In this document: positions 24,944-32,663 of the stretch, piece by piece | Numbering within the stretch: the first letter of the stretch is position 1 | How the letters are laid out: every line of letters begins with the position of its first letter | DNA from: a virus | Strand: one strand, 5' to 3' | IMG/VR virus record: IMGVR_UViG_3300045972_000139 | Coordinates: 1-49,761 of that record | DNA: 49,761 nt | Position numbers and translations under genes: made by a program | The notes under the pieces: model-generated | Seen by the model: only the letters and a program-made list of their open reading frames with translations | What the model was told of the DNA's origin: nothing | Database searches by the model: none

Positions 24944-25459
24944 TCAGAACGCGGGCTTACCGTTCGCCACGGCGGGCGCCGCAGCCGCGGGCGGGTTCTT
25001 CGCGCGGCTCTTGAGCACGATGCCCTTCATCTTCTCCGCGAACGACAGGGCCTCCGCCTTGGGCATCACGTTCTCCACGTTCAGCCCGCGACCGCCGAGC
25101 CTGTTGACCCACTGCACGCGGGGGAAGCTCTTGCCCTTGTGAGCCTCGTTCGGGCCGTCGTACGGCTCGAGCGCGATCACGATCTCGACGACGTTCAGAT
25201 CCATCCCGTGCATCGGGCCGTCCGCGACCGCGAAGACGGAGATGTCGTCGCCCGTCCACCCGCAGTGCCCGAGCGCTTCGATCGTCCGGTCCTGCGTCTT
25301 GTCCGTCAGCCAGCCGTCCCAGCGGATCTCCTCCCCCGACCCGTCGACGTCGCCCAAGATCTGAAAGACCACCTGCATCGCCGGGGTCCTGTTCGCGCCC
25401 ACCTGCGCGAGCAACGCCTTCACCGCGCGCGCCTGATACGTACCCGCCTGAATCGCCAT
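24944..25459 (-). CDS. DUF669-like (SSB-like) recombination accessory protein
   Basis: About 171 aa, directly downstream of the Sak4-like ATPase, which is the usual partner arrangement. TTG at 25465 is an alternative start. Confidence 0.5.
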   Translation of the reverse strand: MAIQAGTYQARAVKALLAQVGANRTPAMQVVFQILGDVDGSGEEIRWDGWLTDKTQDRTIEALGHCGWTGDDISVFAVADGPMHGMDLNVVEIVIALEPYDGPNEAHKGKSFPRVQWVNRLGGRGLNVENVMPKAEALSFAEKMKGIVLKSRAKNPPAAAAPAVANGKPAF

Positions 25460-25461
25460 GA

Positions 25462-26382
25462 TCAACCCGCCTTCTTCTGCTGATAGATGTATATGTCTGC
25501 CGAGGCAATCGCCTCGCTGAGTGACGCCACCGACTCTCCGCGCGATGCGATGAACGCCCGCGCGGACACCGCAACCGACTGGTCCGCGAGCTCGCCCAGT
25601 TTCGCGTCGAGCTCACCGCGGAGACGATCGAGCGCCCCCGCTCCGCCGTCACGCACCGCGCGCTCGAACGTCGGCCAGTCGAGCGGCATGCTCGCAGGCA
25701 ACGCGTACCGCGTCTTGCCGTTGTAGCCCGCGCTCGGCGCCGTCTTGAGCACGCGCTTACCCGTCGCGATGCCCTTGGTCCGCCCGTTGTCCGTGTCGAA
25801 CGTGGCGACCTCGTGAGACGCGTAGCCGACCACGTCGCACCACTCGATCAGGAGCCCCGCGGCCTTCTCGTGGATCTTGACCTGCCACTGCTCGTAGTCG
25901 TCCCCCTCCGGGTTCCGAACGCTCTTGCGAATCGAGTGCGCGATGAGGACGATGCCCATCCCGCGCGCGCGCACCGCGGACAGCTTGTTGAGCAGCACGC
26001 GCCACTCGTCGAGCGCCGCCACATACCCCTTGCCGTACCCGAAGGCCTCGATGTTCGCCATGCGCTTACCCTTCGCGTCGCCCCTCTCGCAAACGGCCGC
26101 CCAGCAAAGTGGCTCTACCCAGTCGAGGCTGTCGAGAACGAGCGTCTTGTACGCGTGCGGCTCGCGAGCGAGCTGGTCGACCTGGTCGAGCAACTCCGCC
26201 CACGTCCGCGGCTCGGGGAACGCGTGCGCGTCGATGTTCAAGAGCCCGTCCTCCGCCGCCAGGAACACCGGAGACGGCGCCGCCGCTCCGAAGGTGCTCT
26301 TGCCGCACCCGCCCGGACCATGCACGAGCACCCGCACGGGAGCCTCGCGCCGCGTCGCCTTCACATTCATCGTTGTAGCCAT
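25462..26382 (-). CDS. Sak4-like AAA_24 / RecA-fold ATPase
   Basis: Walker A motif VLVHGPGGCGKST and Walker B-like TLVLDSLD. The start was trimmed to ATG 26382 (MATTMNVK). Confidence 0.7.
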   Translation of the reverse strand: MATTMNVKATRREAPVRVLVHGPGGCGKSTFGAAAPSPVFLAAEDGLLNIDAHAFPEPRTWAELLDQVDQLAREPHAYKTLVLDSLDWVEPLCWAAVCERGDAKGKRMANIEAFGYGKGYVAALDEWRVLLNKLSAVRARGMGIVLIAHSIRKSVRNPEGDDYEQWQVKIHEKAAGLLIEWCDVVGYASHEVATFDTDNGRTKGIATGKRVLKTAPSAGYNGKTRYALPASMPLDWPTFERAVRDGGAGALDRLRGELDAKLGELADQSVAVSARAFIASRGESVASLSEAIASADIYIYQQKKAG

Positions 26383-26463
26383 CGTCCACTCACTTTCTCG
26401 GGCGCGATTACGGCAACCCGGGTTCCTGTCACTCACTCCACCGTCTCAGCGACGTCGTCGCTG

Positions 26464-27531
26464 TCACTCCACTGTCGCCAATTCCTCGTGTGCCGCGTCC
26501 GCCGTCCTGAACACGGCGTCATCGTCGATGCTCGCGGAGCCCGTGCAGACCGCGAGATACGCACATCCGCCGAACTGACTGCACGCGTCAGGGTTGCGCG
26601 GGGCGTAGCCGCTGCGCTCGGCCTCGTGGAGCATCTTCGACGACGACCACATATCGAACGCGTGCTCACGCTCGTCATGCTCGAGACGAACGATCGTCGC
26701 GCGCTGGTAGTAGCGGCCCGGGTTCTCTCCAATGTCGGCGCGGAGGCGCTCGCGCCACTCTTCGGGTGACTCGTCGTGCTCACGCTGGTTCGCGTAGAGT
26801 CGCGGCGTGGGGTCTGCCTTCGTCGGCTTCGTCCACTTCCTCGACTCTTCGGGCGTCGCCTTCAGCGGCTTCATCCCAGGCTTTCGGATGACTGTGTAGA
26901 TGCAATCGTCGACGGGATACCCCGCCGCGTGGGCTCCGTTGATGTAGATGCTGACCTGCGTGTCGAGCGCGCGGATCTTCTCCCAGTAGAGAGACCCCGC
27001 CTCGATGTCGCTCGACGTCGTCTTCAGCTCCTCGACGTGCAAGCGACCCGTGGCCGACTTCACGATCGTGTCGAACTTGCCACCGATGAGAAACGTGCGG
27101 CTCGCGTGGCCCGTGTCCGGGTTCACGAGCGGCATCTCGAACCGCTCCTCAGCGGCCACGCACGTCAGGCCGTCGTCCGCCCACCGCGCCGCGTAGCCAA
27201 GGAGAAGCTCCTCCACCGTGACGAGCATGTGCTCGGACACGGCGTCGTTCTTCGCCGCCTTCGCGCGCACCGCATCGACGGCCGCCGCGTAGCGATCCGA
27301 CGCATCGCCCGTGGCGCGCCTCCACGCCTCGTGCCCGTCGTGGGTGAGCGTGCCGAACGTCAACGGCTCCGCGACCTCGCGCGGGCGACGCCGCATCACG
27401 TAGCGGTAGCGGTGCCGCCTCATGCACGCGCGCGCCTCGCGGAGCTCGCTCGTCGTGATGACGCGGAGGTGATGCTTGGCGGTGGCCGGAGTGTCGCCGG
27501 TCTTTGCCTCGATGCTGACTGCCGCGCTCAC
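26464..27531 (-). CDS. PD-(D/E)XK exonuclease, Cas4/RecB-like with a 4-Cys cluster
   Basis: An N-terminal Cys (ACMRRH), core GKFDTIV...LHVEELKTT, and a C-terminal CSQFGGCAYLAVC. GTG start in a GTGA overlap. Confidence 0.7.
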   Translation of the reverse strand: MSAAVSIEAKTGDTPATAKHHLRVITTSELREARACMRRHRYRYVMRRRPREVAEPLTFGTLTHDGHEAWRRATGDASDRYAAAVDAVRAKAAKNDAVSEHMLVTVEELLLGYAARWADDGLTCVAAEERFEMPLVNPDTGHASRTFLIGGKFDTIVKSATGRLHVEELKTTSSDIEAGSLYWEKIRALDTQVSIYINGAHAAGYPVDDCIYTVIRKPGMKPLKATPEESRKWTKPTKADPTPRLYANQREHDESPEEWRERLRADIGENPGRYYQRATIVRLEHDEREHAFDMWSSSKMLHEAERSGYAPRNPDACSQFGGCAYLAVCTGSASIDDDAVFRTADAAHEELATVE

Positions 27532-27725
27532 GACTTCGCCCTCCGAGCCTTGTTGACCTCGATGTCCCGAGCCGTAGCGCACACGCGGATAGCCTGCGTC
27601 ACCGGCATCTCAGCCAGCGCCGCGCAGAGTCGCCGCGCGGCGTCCACCGGGATGCCCGCGTCGTGCGCCATCTCGACGATCACGGAGGAGTCCTCCAGCG
27701 CCGTCACGAGAGAGAGGAGTGTCAC
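27528..27725 (-). CDS. Early micro-gene, hypothetical (65 aa)
   Basis: GTGA-coupled at both ends. Confidence 0.6.
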   Translation of the reverse strand: MTLLSLVTALEDSSVIVEMAHDAGIPVDAARRLCAALAEMPVTQAIRVCATARDIEVNKARRAKS

Positions 27726-27883
27726 GCGCCACCGTCCCGACGCTCATTGCACGCGCGCCAGAGCGCCTCGTTCTCGCGCTCCAGCCTGCGCACGTCGTCG
27801 CGCAGGCGGTCAATCTCCGCCTCGTAGCGGTCGCGAAGCTCCGTGAGGCGCGCAAGCACGTCGTCGATGGCGTCGGTATTCAC
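27722..27883 (-). CDS. Early micro-gene, coiled-coil peptide (53 aa)
   Basis: GTG in a GTGA overlap. Reads VNTDAIDDVLARLTELRDRYEAEIDRLRDDVRRLERENEALW. Confidence 0.55.
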   Translation of the reverse strand: MNTDAIDDVLARLTELRDRYEAEIDRLRDDVRRLERENEALWRACNERRDGGA

Positions 27884-28095
27884 GGCACACCTTCCTCTCC
27901 GACGATGTCGAGGCACTGGAGCGCGAGCCTCACGAGCCGCTCCGAGTCCTCGGGCGACGAGTGCGCGATGCGGAGCGACTCGCGCAGGTCAGCCATGGCG
28001 CTCCGCACGATCTCCCGGTTCGACCGCTCGCGACGGCGGGCGATGTCTCCCACCGTCTTCGCGGGCGTCCACGTGGACGGGATGCGGCGGCTCAC
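27880..28095 (-). CDS. Early micro-gene, hypothetical (71 aa)
   Basis: GTG in a GTGA overlap. Only the C-terminal 71 codons of ORF 27880..28602 look protein-like. Confidence 0.55.
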   Translation of the reverse strand: MSRRIPSTWTPAKTVGDIARRRERSNREIVRSAMADLRESLRIAHSSPEDSERLVRLALQCLDIVGEEGVP

Positions 28096-28355
28096 GACGC
28101 GGCCTCGACACTGAGCGCCGCGCGTCCGGCGGCGTAGAGCGCCACCATGATCTCTTCTTCCTGGGCCTCGGTCAGCTCGAACAGGTTCCAGTTGGTCCAG
28201 AGCGTTCCTCCGTCCCAGATCTGAGGGCATAGCGGCATGTTGACCCCGTATTTCGGGCACGGCTCGAACACGGCGTTCGCGGTCAATTCCTCGCGCTGGT
28301 CGCCGTCGTGGTCGTACGCGATGGGCAGCGTCACCTCGACCCACGCGCGCCTCAT
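28092..28355 (-). CDS. Early gene, hypothetical (87 aa, Trp/acidic-rich)
   Basis: ATG in an ATGA overlap. Balanced composition. Confidence 0.7.
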   Translation of the reverse strand: MRRAWVEVTLPIAYDHDGDQREELTANAVFEPCPKYGVNMPLCPQIWDGGTLWTNWNLFELTEAQEEEIMVALYAAGRAALSVEAAS

Positions 28356-28630
28356 GCCGCCACCTGGACGGCCTTACGAGCCTCGTAGGCGGCGAGGAAC
28401 GCATCACGCGTCTCGATGAGGAGGACCCTAGCCACCTCGCGCAGTTCCGGGGTAACGACGACGGACCACCGCGTGGCGTCGTCGAGCCGGATCGAGACCG
28501 TGGACCCGTCGTGGAGCAGGACGACGGCCTCCGCGGCCGTGTCCAGGCACCGCTCGTCCAGCGCCCATACCACACACGAGGCGTAGAGCCCATCGACGCC
28601 ACCGGCGACGGACATGAGCACGCGGCTCAC
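28352..28630 (-). CDS. Early gene, hypothetical (92 aa)
   Basis: GTG in a GTGA overlap; alternative ATG at 28615. Confidence 0.6.
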   Translation of the reverse strand: MSRVLMSVAGGVDGLYASCVVWALDERCLDTAAEAVVLLHDGSTVSIRLDDATRWSVVVTPELREVARVLLIETRDAFLAAYEARKAVQVAA

Positions 28631-28791
28631 GGGCGCACCGCCTTCTCCGCGGCGTGCGCGGCATGCAGGCACCACGCGCAGGCGTCCAGCGTCACCACCA
28701 CGCGCCCGCACGGGCAGAGCACGGCGGGGCGCTGCGGCTCCCATCCCGTACGGTCGTCACGCGGCGTCGCGCTCCGCTCCGGGAGGCTCAC
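28627..28791 (-). CDS. Early micro-gene with a Cys cluster (54 aa)
   Basis: GTG in a GTGA overlap. It contains the motif CPCGRVVVTLDACAWC. Confidence 0.5.
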   Translation of the reverse strand: MSLPERSATPRDDRTGWEPQRPAVLCPCGRVVVTLDACAWCLHAAHAAEKAVRP

Positions 28792-28946
28792 GGGAGCACC
28801 GCGATGCTGGCGACCCATCCGGCGGCCATGAGTTCGTCGGCGACCGCGTAGGCCGCGACGCTCGTGCGGTAGTAGGTGGTCGCGAGGCCCCACGCGTGAT
28901 GCACGCTGAGGGCGACCGAATGCGTCGCGTTGCGGGTGAGGCTCAC
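28788..28946 (-). CDS. Early micro-gene (52 aa)
   Basis: GTG in a GTGA overlap. It ends ...AVLP inside the GGTGCTCCCGTGA junction motif. Confidence 0.5.
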   Translation of the reverse strand: MSLTRNATHSVALSVHHAWGLATTYYRTSVAAYAVADELMAAGWVASIAVLP

Positions 28947-29095
28947 GACGCCACCACCTTCGCGTCGAGGCCGAGCTTGCGGAGGGCGCGCACCGAGCGG
29001 CGCGCGTCGGTGAGGCTGTCGGCGCGCTGCACGATGACGCTGCCGTCCTCGCGGGTCATACCGGTGGAGACCACGAACGTACGCGGCGCGCTCAC
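28943..29095 (-). CDS. Early micro-gene (50 aa)
   Basis: GTG in a GTGA overlap. Confidence 0.5.
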   Translation of the reverse strand: MSAPRTFVVSTGMTREDGSVIVQRADSLTDARRSVRALRKLGLDAKVVAS

Positions 29096-29250
29096 GGGAG
29101 CACCGCCACGAAGTCGCGGGCGATCGTCGCCGCCGAGAACCACCCGAAGATGCGAGCCGCATCGACGCAGCGCATCGACGCCCCGTGAGACGCGCGACCC
29201 TTCAGGATCACGAAGACAAAACCGTCAGACTTGCGGATGTACTTGACCAT
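29092..29250 (-). CDS. First gene of the leftward early operon (52 aa)
   Basis: ATG at 29250 preceded by GGAGTGG. It lies downstream of the PL-like promoter and ends ...AVLP. Confidence 0.55.
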   Translation of the reverse strand: MVKYIRKSDGFVFVILKGRASHGASMRCVDAARIFGWFSAATIARDFVAVLP

Positions 29251-29299
29251 GGGGAACCACTCCAGGTGCGGGGCGCGTTGTGCGCCGTCCGTGAGAGGA

Positions 29300-29346
29300 A
29301 CTATTGCCGTTCGGGAACTGGTTGTCAACCGGGAATGTGTTCCCGG
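29300..29346 (-). promoter_or_regulatory. Leftward early promoter/operator (PL/OL-like)
   Basis: On the minus strand: -35 TTGACA (29328-29323), a 17-nt spacer and -10 AATAGT (29305-29300). Operator half-sites TTCCCG/CGGGAA form CCGGGAA-CACA-TTCCCGG and TTCCCGAACGGCAA. Confidence 0.6.
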
Positions 29347-29406
29347 TCAGAAATCGTAGTTCTCCACACGCTCGGTTGGGCGCGGGTGGGCCGGTAGGAT
29401 CGGCCC

Positions 29407-29622
29407 ATGCGACAAAACGGCGTGGATCGGTCCAGGCTCCGCTACTGCATGTTCGCGGTCGCAACGACACGCGATGCGAGCGCCGAGCTGCGCACCGCGC
29501 TCCTGGAGTGCCTCGTGGAAGCCGTCGATGACGATGTGCGCTGGCGTGGCCGCTGCCGCGATACCGACGTGCGCGCGGCTACTCGAGTTCGCGCTTGGTA
29601 CGACGAGAGGGCGTGGGCGTGA
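29407..29622 (+). CDS. Possible small ORF (71 aa) between PL and the 3' end of the repressor gene
   Basis: ATG ORF with high GC3 and mixed composition, but no clear RBS. It overlaps the convergent repressor gene by 44 nt. Confidence 0.3.
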   Translation: MRQNGVDRSRLRYCMFAVATTRDASAELRTALLECLVEAVDDDVRWRGRCRDTDVRAATRVRAWYDERAWA

Positions 29623-29971
29623 CCTCGACCTGAGCCGGGCGGCCCGGTGGAGCGGGCGACCTCAACTCCGCGAGCATCGACGCCGCAAGCTCATCTTTCG
29701 TGGCTTTCGGGGGCCGACCGACGCGCGGAGGGTCGCCGACCTCCGGCAGTTCGATGGCGTTGCTCCCCAAGAGCGCCTTGGGTGCCACTCCGAGTACCTC
29801 GCTCAGCGCGACGAGCAACGGCCCAGGAGGAAGCCGCTCGCCCTTCACGTAGCGCGTGAGCGTGGGAGACCCGACCCCGATGCGGCGCGCGAGCTCGGCT
29901 TGATTCAGGCCGATGGCCTTCATGTACGAGCCGATGTTCTCCGCGAAGGTGGGGAGGCGCATGACGATCAT
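29579..29971 (-). CDS. cI-like repressor (XRE-family HTH)
   Basis: HTH segment MKAIGLNQAELARRIGVGSPTLTRYVKGERLP. It is divergent from the cro-like gene. The start was trimmed to ATG 29971. Confidence 0.8.
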   Translation of the reverse strand: MIVMRLPTFAENIGSYMKAIGLNQAELARRIGVGSPTLTRYVKGERLPPGPLLVALSEVLGVAPKALLGSNAIELPEVGDPPRVGRPPKATKDELAASMLAELRSPAPPGRPAQVEVTPTPSRRTKRELE

Positions 29972-30011
29972 GCTGCCACCCAAGAAAGCGCGCGAATGTG
30001 CGGACAAGTCG

Positions 30012-30047
30012 TTCCCGCTTGACAACTCATTCCCGAACGGGAATAAC
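30012..30047 (+). promoter_or_regulatory. Rightward early promoter/operator (PR/OR-like)
   Basis: -35 TTGACA (30019-30024), a 17-nt spacer and -10 AATAAC (30042-30047). The palindrome TTCCCGAACGGGAA (30030-30043) lies in the spacer. 29 of 34 nt match the OL module. Confidence 0.6.
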
Positions 30048-30053
30048 TACGCC

Positions 30054-30332
30054 ATGCAGACCGCGGGCGAACGTCTGAAGGTGCGGCTCGACGAACTTGG
30101 GTGGTCACAGCGTGACCTCGCGCGCGAGGTGAAGACTTCGGCCGCCGTCGTCTCTCGACTCATCTCGGGGGAGCGGTCGCCGTCGCTTGACCTGGCGTTC
30201 CGCATCCAGGGCAGCGCGGTGGCTCTCCCCGCTGACACGTGGGTTACGCATCCCGAAGCCGATTCCTCGCCTGAACTCGCCACCGACGACTCGGGCGAGC
30301 ACCCCGCCGCCGTCGACGCGAAGGTCGGCTGA
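30054..30332 (+). CDS. Cro-like XRE-family HTH regulator
   Basis: HTH segment LDELGWSQRDLAREVKTSAAVVSRLISGERSP. The ATG lies about 7 nt after the -10, so the mRNA is possibly leaderless. Confidence 0.75.
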   Translation: MQTAGERLKVRLDELGWSQRDLAREVKTSAAVVSRLISGERSPSLDLAFRIQGSAVALPADTWVTHPEADSSPELATDDSGEHPAAVDAKVG

Positions 30333-30335
30333 GCG

Positions 30336-31106
30336 ATGGCGAACGAACTCACGATCGGAAGCCATGCCGTTCGACGCGACGGCGACATGTGGTGCATCAC
30401 GGACATGTGGCGCGCGAGTGGCGCGCCGAAAGAGAAGCGCCCGAACGATTTCCTCTCCGGCCCAGGCAAGGCGTTCGCGGAGTTCCTGAGTGATTCTCTC
30501 GATGCCGCCAAAACCGGCATCGTGAAAACACGGCGGATCGGTGGCGCGTCGCCGGGCGGAGAGACGTGGACGCACTGGCAACTCGCGCTCGCGTACGCGA
30601 AGTGGATCTCGCACGACTTCCACGCTCGCGTGAACGAGGTCTATCGCGCGTTCATGGCGGGGCAGCTCGTCCCGCGTGATGACGAGGCCGTGCGACTCGC
30701 ACTCCGCATCAAGGCGCTCGACTCCAGGGACTACGAGAGCAACTGGAGCACCGAACTGAAGCTGGAATTTGCTCGGTTGCGCAAGGTGGTCGGGTGGACA
30801 CCTGGGCAAGGTGCGGAGCCGCAGTCTCTCGCCCACGCGTACGGCAAGACGTGGCGCATCATCCTTGGTGACCAGATCTACGAGGCGCTGAAGCTTCGCA
30901 ACCCTCATCCGCGCGAGGGGAGCCTTCACGGCCAGTGGATGCAGGATGAGCGAATGCGCCTCATTCGGCGTGAAGACATGGTCGTGACCATGTTCGTCGC
31001 GCGCCGAGCAACGAGGTGGGCAGACTACGAACGCGAGATGCGGTCGCACTTCCGCCGCGCGCCGATTCAACTCCGGCTCGTCGCCCCATCGTCGCGCGCC
31101 ACCTAA
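30336..31106 (+). CDS. KilA-N + P63C domain DNA-binding protein (antirepressor-like)
   Basis: KilA-N pattern GETWTHWQLALAYAKWISHDFHARV, followed by a P63C-like C-terminal half. Confidence 0.65.
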   Translation: MANELTIGSHAVRRDGDMWCITDMWRASGAPKEKRPNDFLSGPGKAFAEFLSDSLDAAKTGIVKTRRIGGASPGGETWTHWQLALAYAKWISHDFHARVNEVYRAFMAGQLVPRDDEAVRLALRIKALDSRDYESNWSTELKLEFARLRKVVGWTPGQGAEPQSLAHAYGKTWRIILGDQIYEALKLRNPHPREGSLHGQWMQDERMRLIRREDMVVTMFVARRATRWADYEREMRSHFRRAPIQLRLVAPSSRAT

Positions 31107-31114
31107 CCCCATCG

Positions 31115-31164
31115 CCCTGAGTGTGACTCGCGTGCATATCGCACGCAATTGCACTCAGGGTTTT
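31115..31164 (+). terminator. Rho-independent terminator after the KilA-N gene
   Basis: Outer stem CCCTGAGTG/CACTCAGGG, inner GCGTGC/GCACGC, followed by TTTT. Confidence 0.65.
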
Positions 31165-31207
31165 GTGCGCCCTAAACCACTGATCAAACGTCACTTGAGG
31201 TAATTGG

Positions 31208-31456
31208 ATGTCGCGTTCGTCTTCACCTGAACGACTCTTCGTTGGCTGTTCCGAGTGCGCCTACGATGTGCCGTCCGCCCGCAGTAAGTCGATTCCCCGC
31301 GTGCCCGCTGCGACGCTGAGTGTCGTGACATCGCGCGGCGTGCGGCAGCTCTGCGAGGCACACGCGGCCTCGCTTTCTGTTGCCCCGGAGTGCGACATCC
31401 CGCTGCGTGACGGGTCGCCCGTGGCGGCGTCGCGCTGCGCAAGGGTGCAGCCGTGA
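31208..31456 (+). CDS. Hypothetical Cys-containing protein (82 aa)
   Basis: ATG preceded by GAGGT. High GC3. Confidence 0.55.
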   Translation: MSRSSSPERLFVGCSECAYDVPSARSKSIPRVPAATLSVVTSRGVRQLCEAHAASLSVAPECDIPLRDGSPVAASRCARVQP

Positions 31457-31680
31457 GGCGTCTCGTCGTGCACGCGCCGACCGCAGCGCTCCGCCGCTGG
31501 GACCTGCGACTCGACCGTCTGCCGCGTTGGGTCCTGCGCGATACGCGCATCGAGATTCAGCGCGAGATCATCGCGCGCGACATGGCGGCGCTCGCGGAGG
31601 TCATCGAGGCGCGCTTCGTCGCCATGCACAACGCCGACGACGGGCCGTGGTCGCGCGAGCCGGGGCGGGCTGCGTCGTGA
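31453..31680 (+). CDS. Hypothetical protein (75 aa)
   Basis: GTG in a GTGA overlap. Confidence 0.6.
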   Translation: MRRLVVHAPTAALRRWDLRLDRLPRWVLRDTRIEIQREIIARDMAALAEVIEARFVAMHNADDGPWSREPGRAAS

Positions 31681-31919
31681 AGGCGCCCCGCGCCGTCACC
31701 CGCGCGCCGATGCTCGACATCATCACTGAGCTCGCGGTCATCGCGTGGCGTGATGCGGAGACCGCCAGGCTCCGCGCCATCGACAAGGCGAAGCTGCACC
31801 AGTCGCCCGTGGCGCAGTGGCACGCCGACCAGACGCTCCAGCGCGCGACGGTCAAGGCGTGGGACGAAGCCGACGCGCTCGAGACGCTCATTCAAGAGCA
31901 GGCGGCAGAGCGGCGATGA
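31677..31919 (+). CDS. Hypothetical protein (80 aa)
   Basis: GTG in a GTGA overlap. This is the protein-like part of ORF 31380..31919. Confidence 0.6.
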   Translation: MKAPRAVTRAPMLDIITELAVIAWRDAETARLRAIDKAKLHQSPVAQWHADQTLQRATVKAWDEADALETLIQEQAAERR

Positions 31920-32020
31920 GCATCCTGGCTTGGCTTCTGATACTCCGCGCGCCCGCTTCGTTTGCGGTTCGGTGTGACCGACTCAAGGCGTTCTACTCGC
32001 GAAAGACGTGGGCGCGATGA
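31916..32020 (+). CDS. Small hydrophobic peptide ORF (34 aa)
   Basis: ATGA overlaps at both ends. Reads MSILAWLLILRAPASFAV... Confidence 0.35.
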   Translation: MSILAWLLILRAPASFAVRCDRLKAFYSRKTWAR

Positions 32021-32466
32021 TGCACTCGCGCACGCTACGCCTCGTGACCGAGCCGAGGCCTGCAACCCGCGGCGACTGCGTCGGCGGCGCCAGGCCGTGC
32101 CAGTGGAAGGAGTGCCGACACCACCTCATCGCGTGCGCGGGGGACATCGACGTGGAGACGATGATCGCCACCTGCGCGCTCGACGTGGCCGACCGAGGCG
32201 GCGCGACGCTGGCAGAGGTCGCGACGGTCTTTGGGCTGAGTCGCGAGCGCGTGAGGCAGATCGAGGAAGGGGCGCTGGCGACATTGAAGCACCGACTCAA
32301 GCACATGCGCGACGCGGTGTGGACGCTCGCGGAGGTTCCGCCGTCTGACAGCGACTTCGCCGACGTGGTGGACGGGCCGTTCAAGGCCGCGGTGGATCGC
32401 GCGTGGCAGAGGATCGTTCCCGTGAGTGAGCGCGGCAAGCTCGGGCCTGGGTTGGTGCGGCGGTGA
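32017..32466 (+). CDS. Sigma-70 region-4-like HTH DNA-binding protein with an N-terminal Cys/His motif
   Basis: Motifs CVGGARPCQWKECRHHL and ATLAEVATVFGLSRERVRQIEEGALATLKHRL. Confidence 0.65.
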   Translation: MMHSRTLRLVTEPRPATRGDCVGGARPCQWKECRHHLIACAGDIDVETMIATCALDVADRGGATLAEVATVFGLSRERVRQIEEGALATLKHRLKHMRDAVWTLAEVPPSDSDFADVVDGPFKAAVDRAWQRIVPVSERGKLGPGLVRR

Positions 32467-32663
32467 CCGCGCTCTACCCGGGAGATCGCGTGTGCGTGGT
32501 CGCGCCGTGGTCGTCGTTCAACGGAATGAGAGGGTGCCTTGTCGAGATGCGCGGGCCGCGTCCGCTCGTGCAACTCGATGGCGATGTCGGCGCGGTGTTG
32601 CTGTTTGCTCACGAGGTCGTGGGCGTCGATGAAGCGAAGGGTATCAACGATGTCAATTCGTAA
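32463..32663 (+). CDS. Small hypothetical protein (SH3/KOW-like guess)
   Basis: 66 aa, GTGA-coupled. Confidence 0.55.
   Translation: MTALYPGDRVCVVAPWSSFNGMRGCLVEMRGPRPLVQLDGDVGAVLLFAHEVVGVDEAKGINDVNS

Noticed and set aside
29913-30053. N-terminal 47 codons of track ORF 29913..30332
   Set aside because: They are antisense to the 5' end of the repressor gene and span the PR promoter. The HTH protein starts naturally at ATG 30054.
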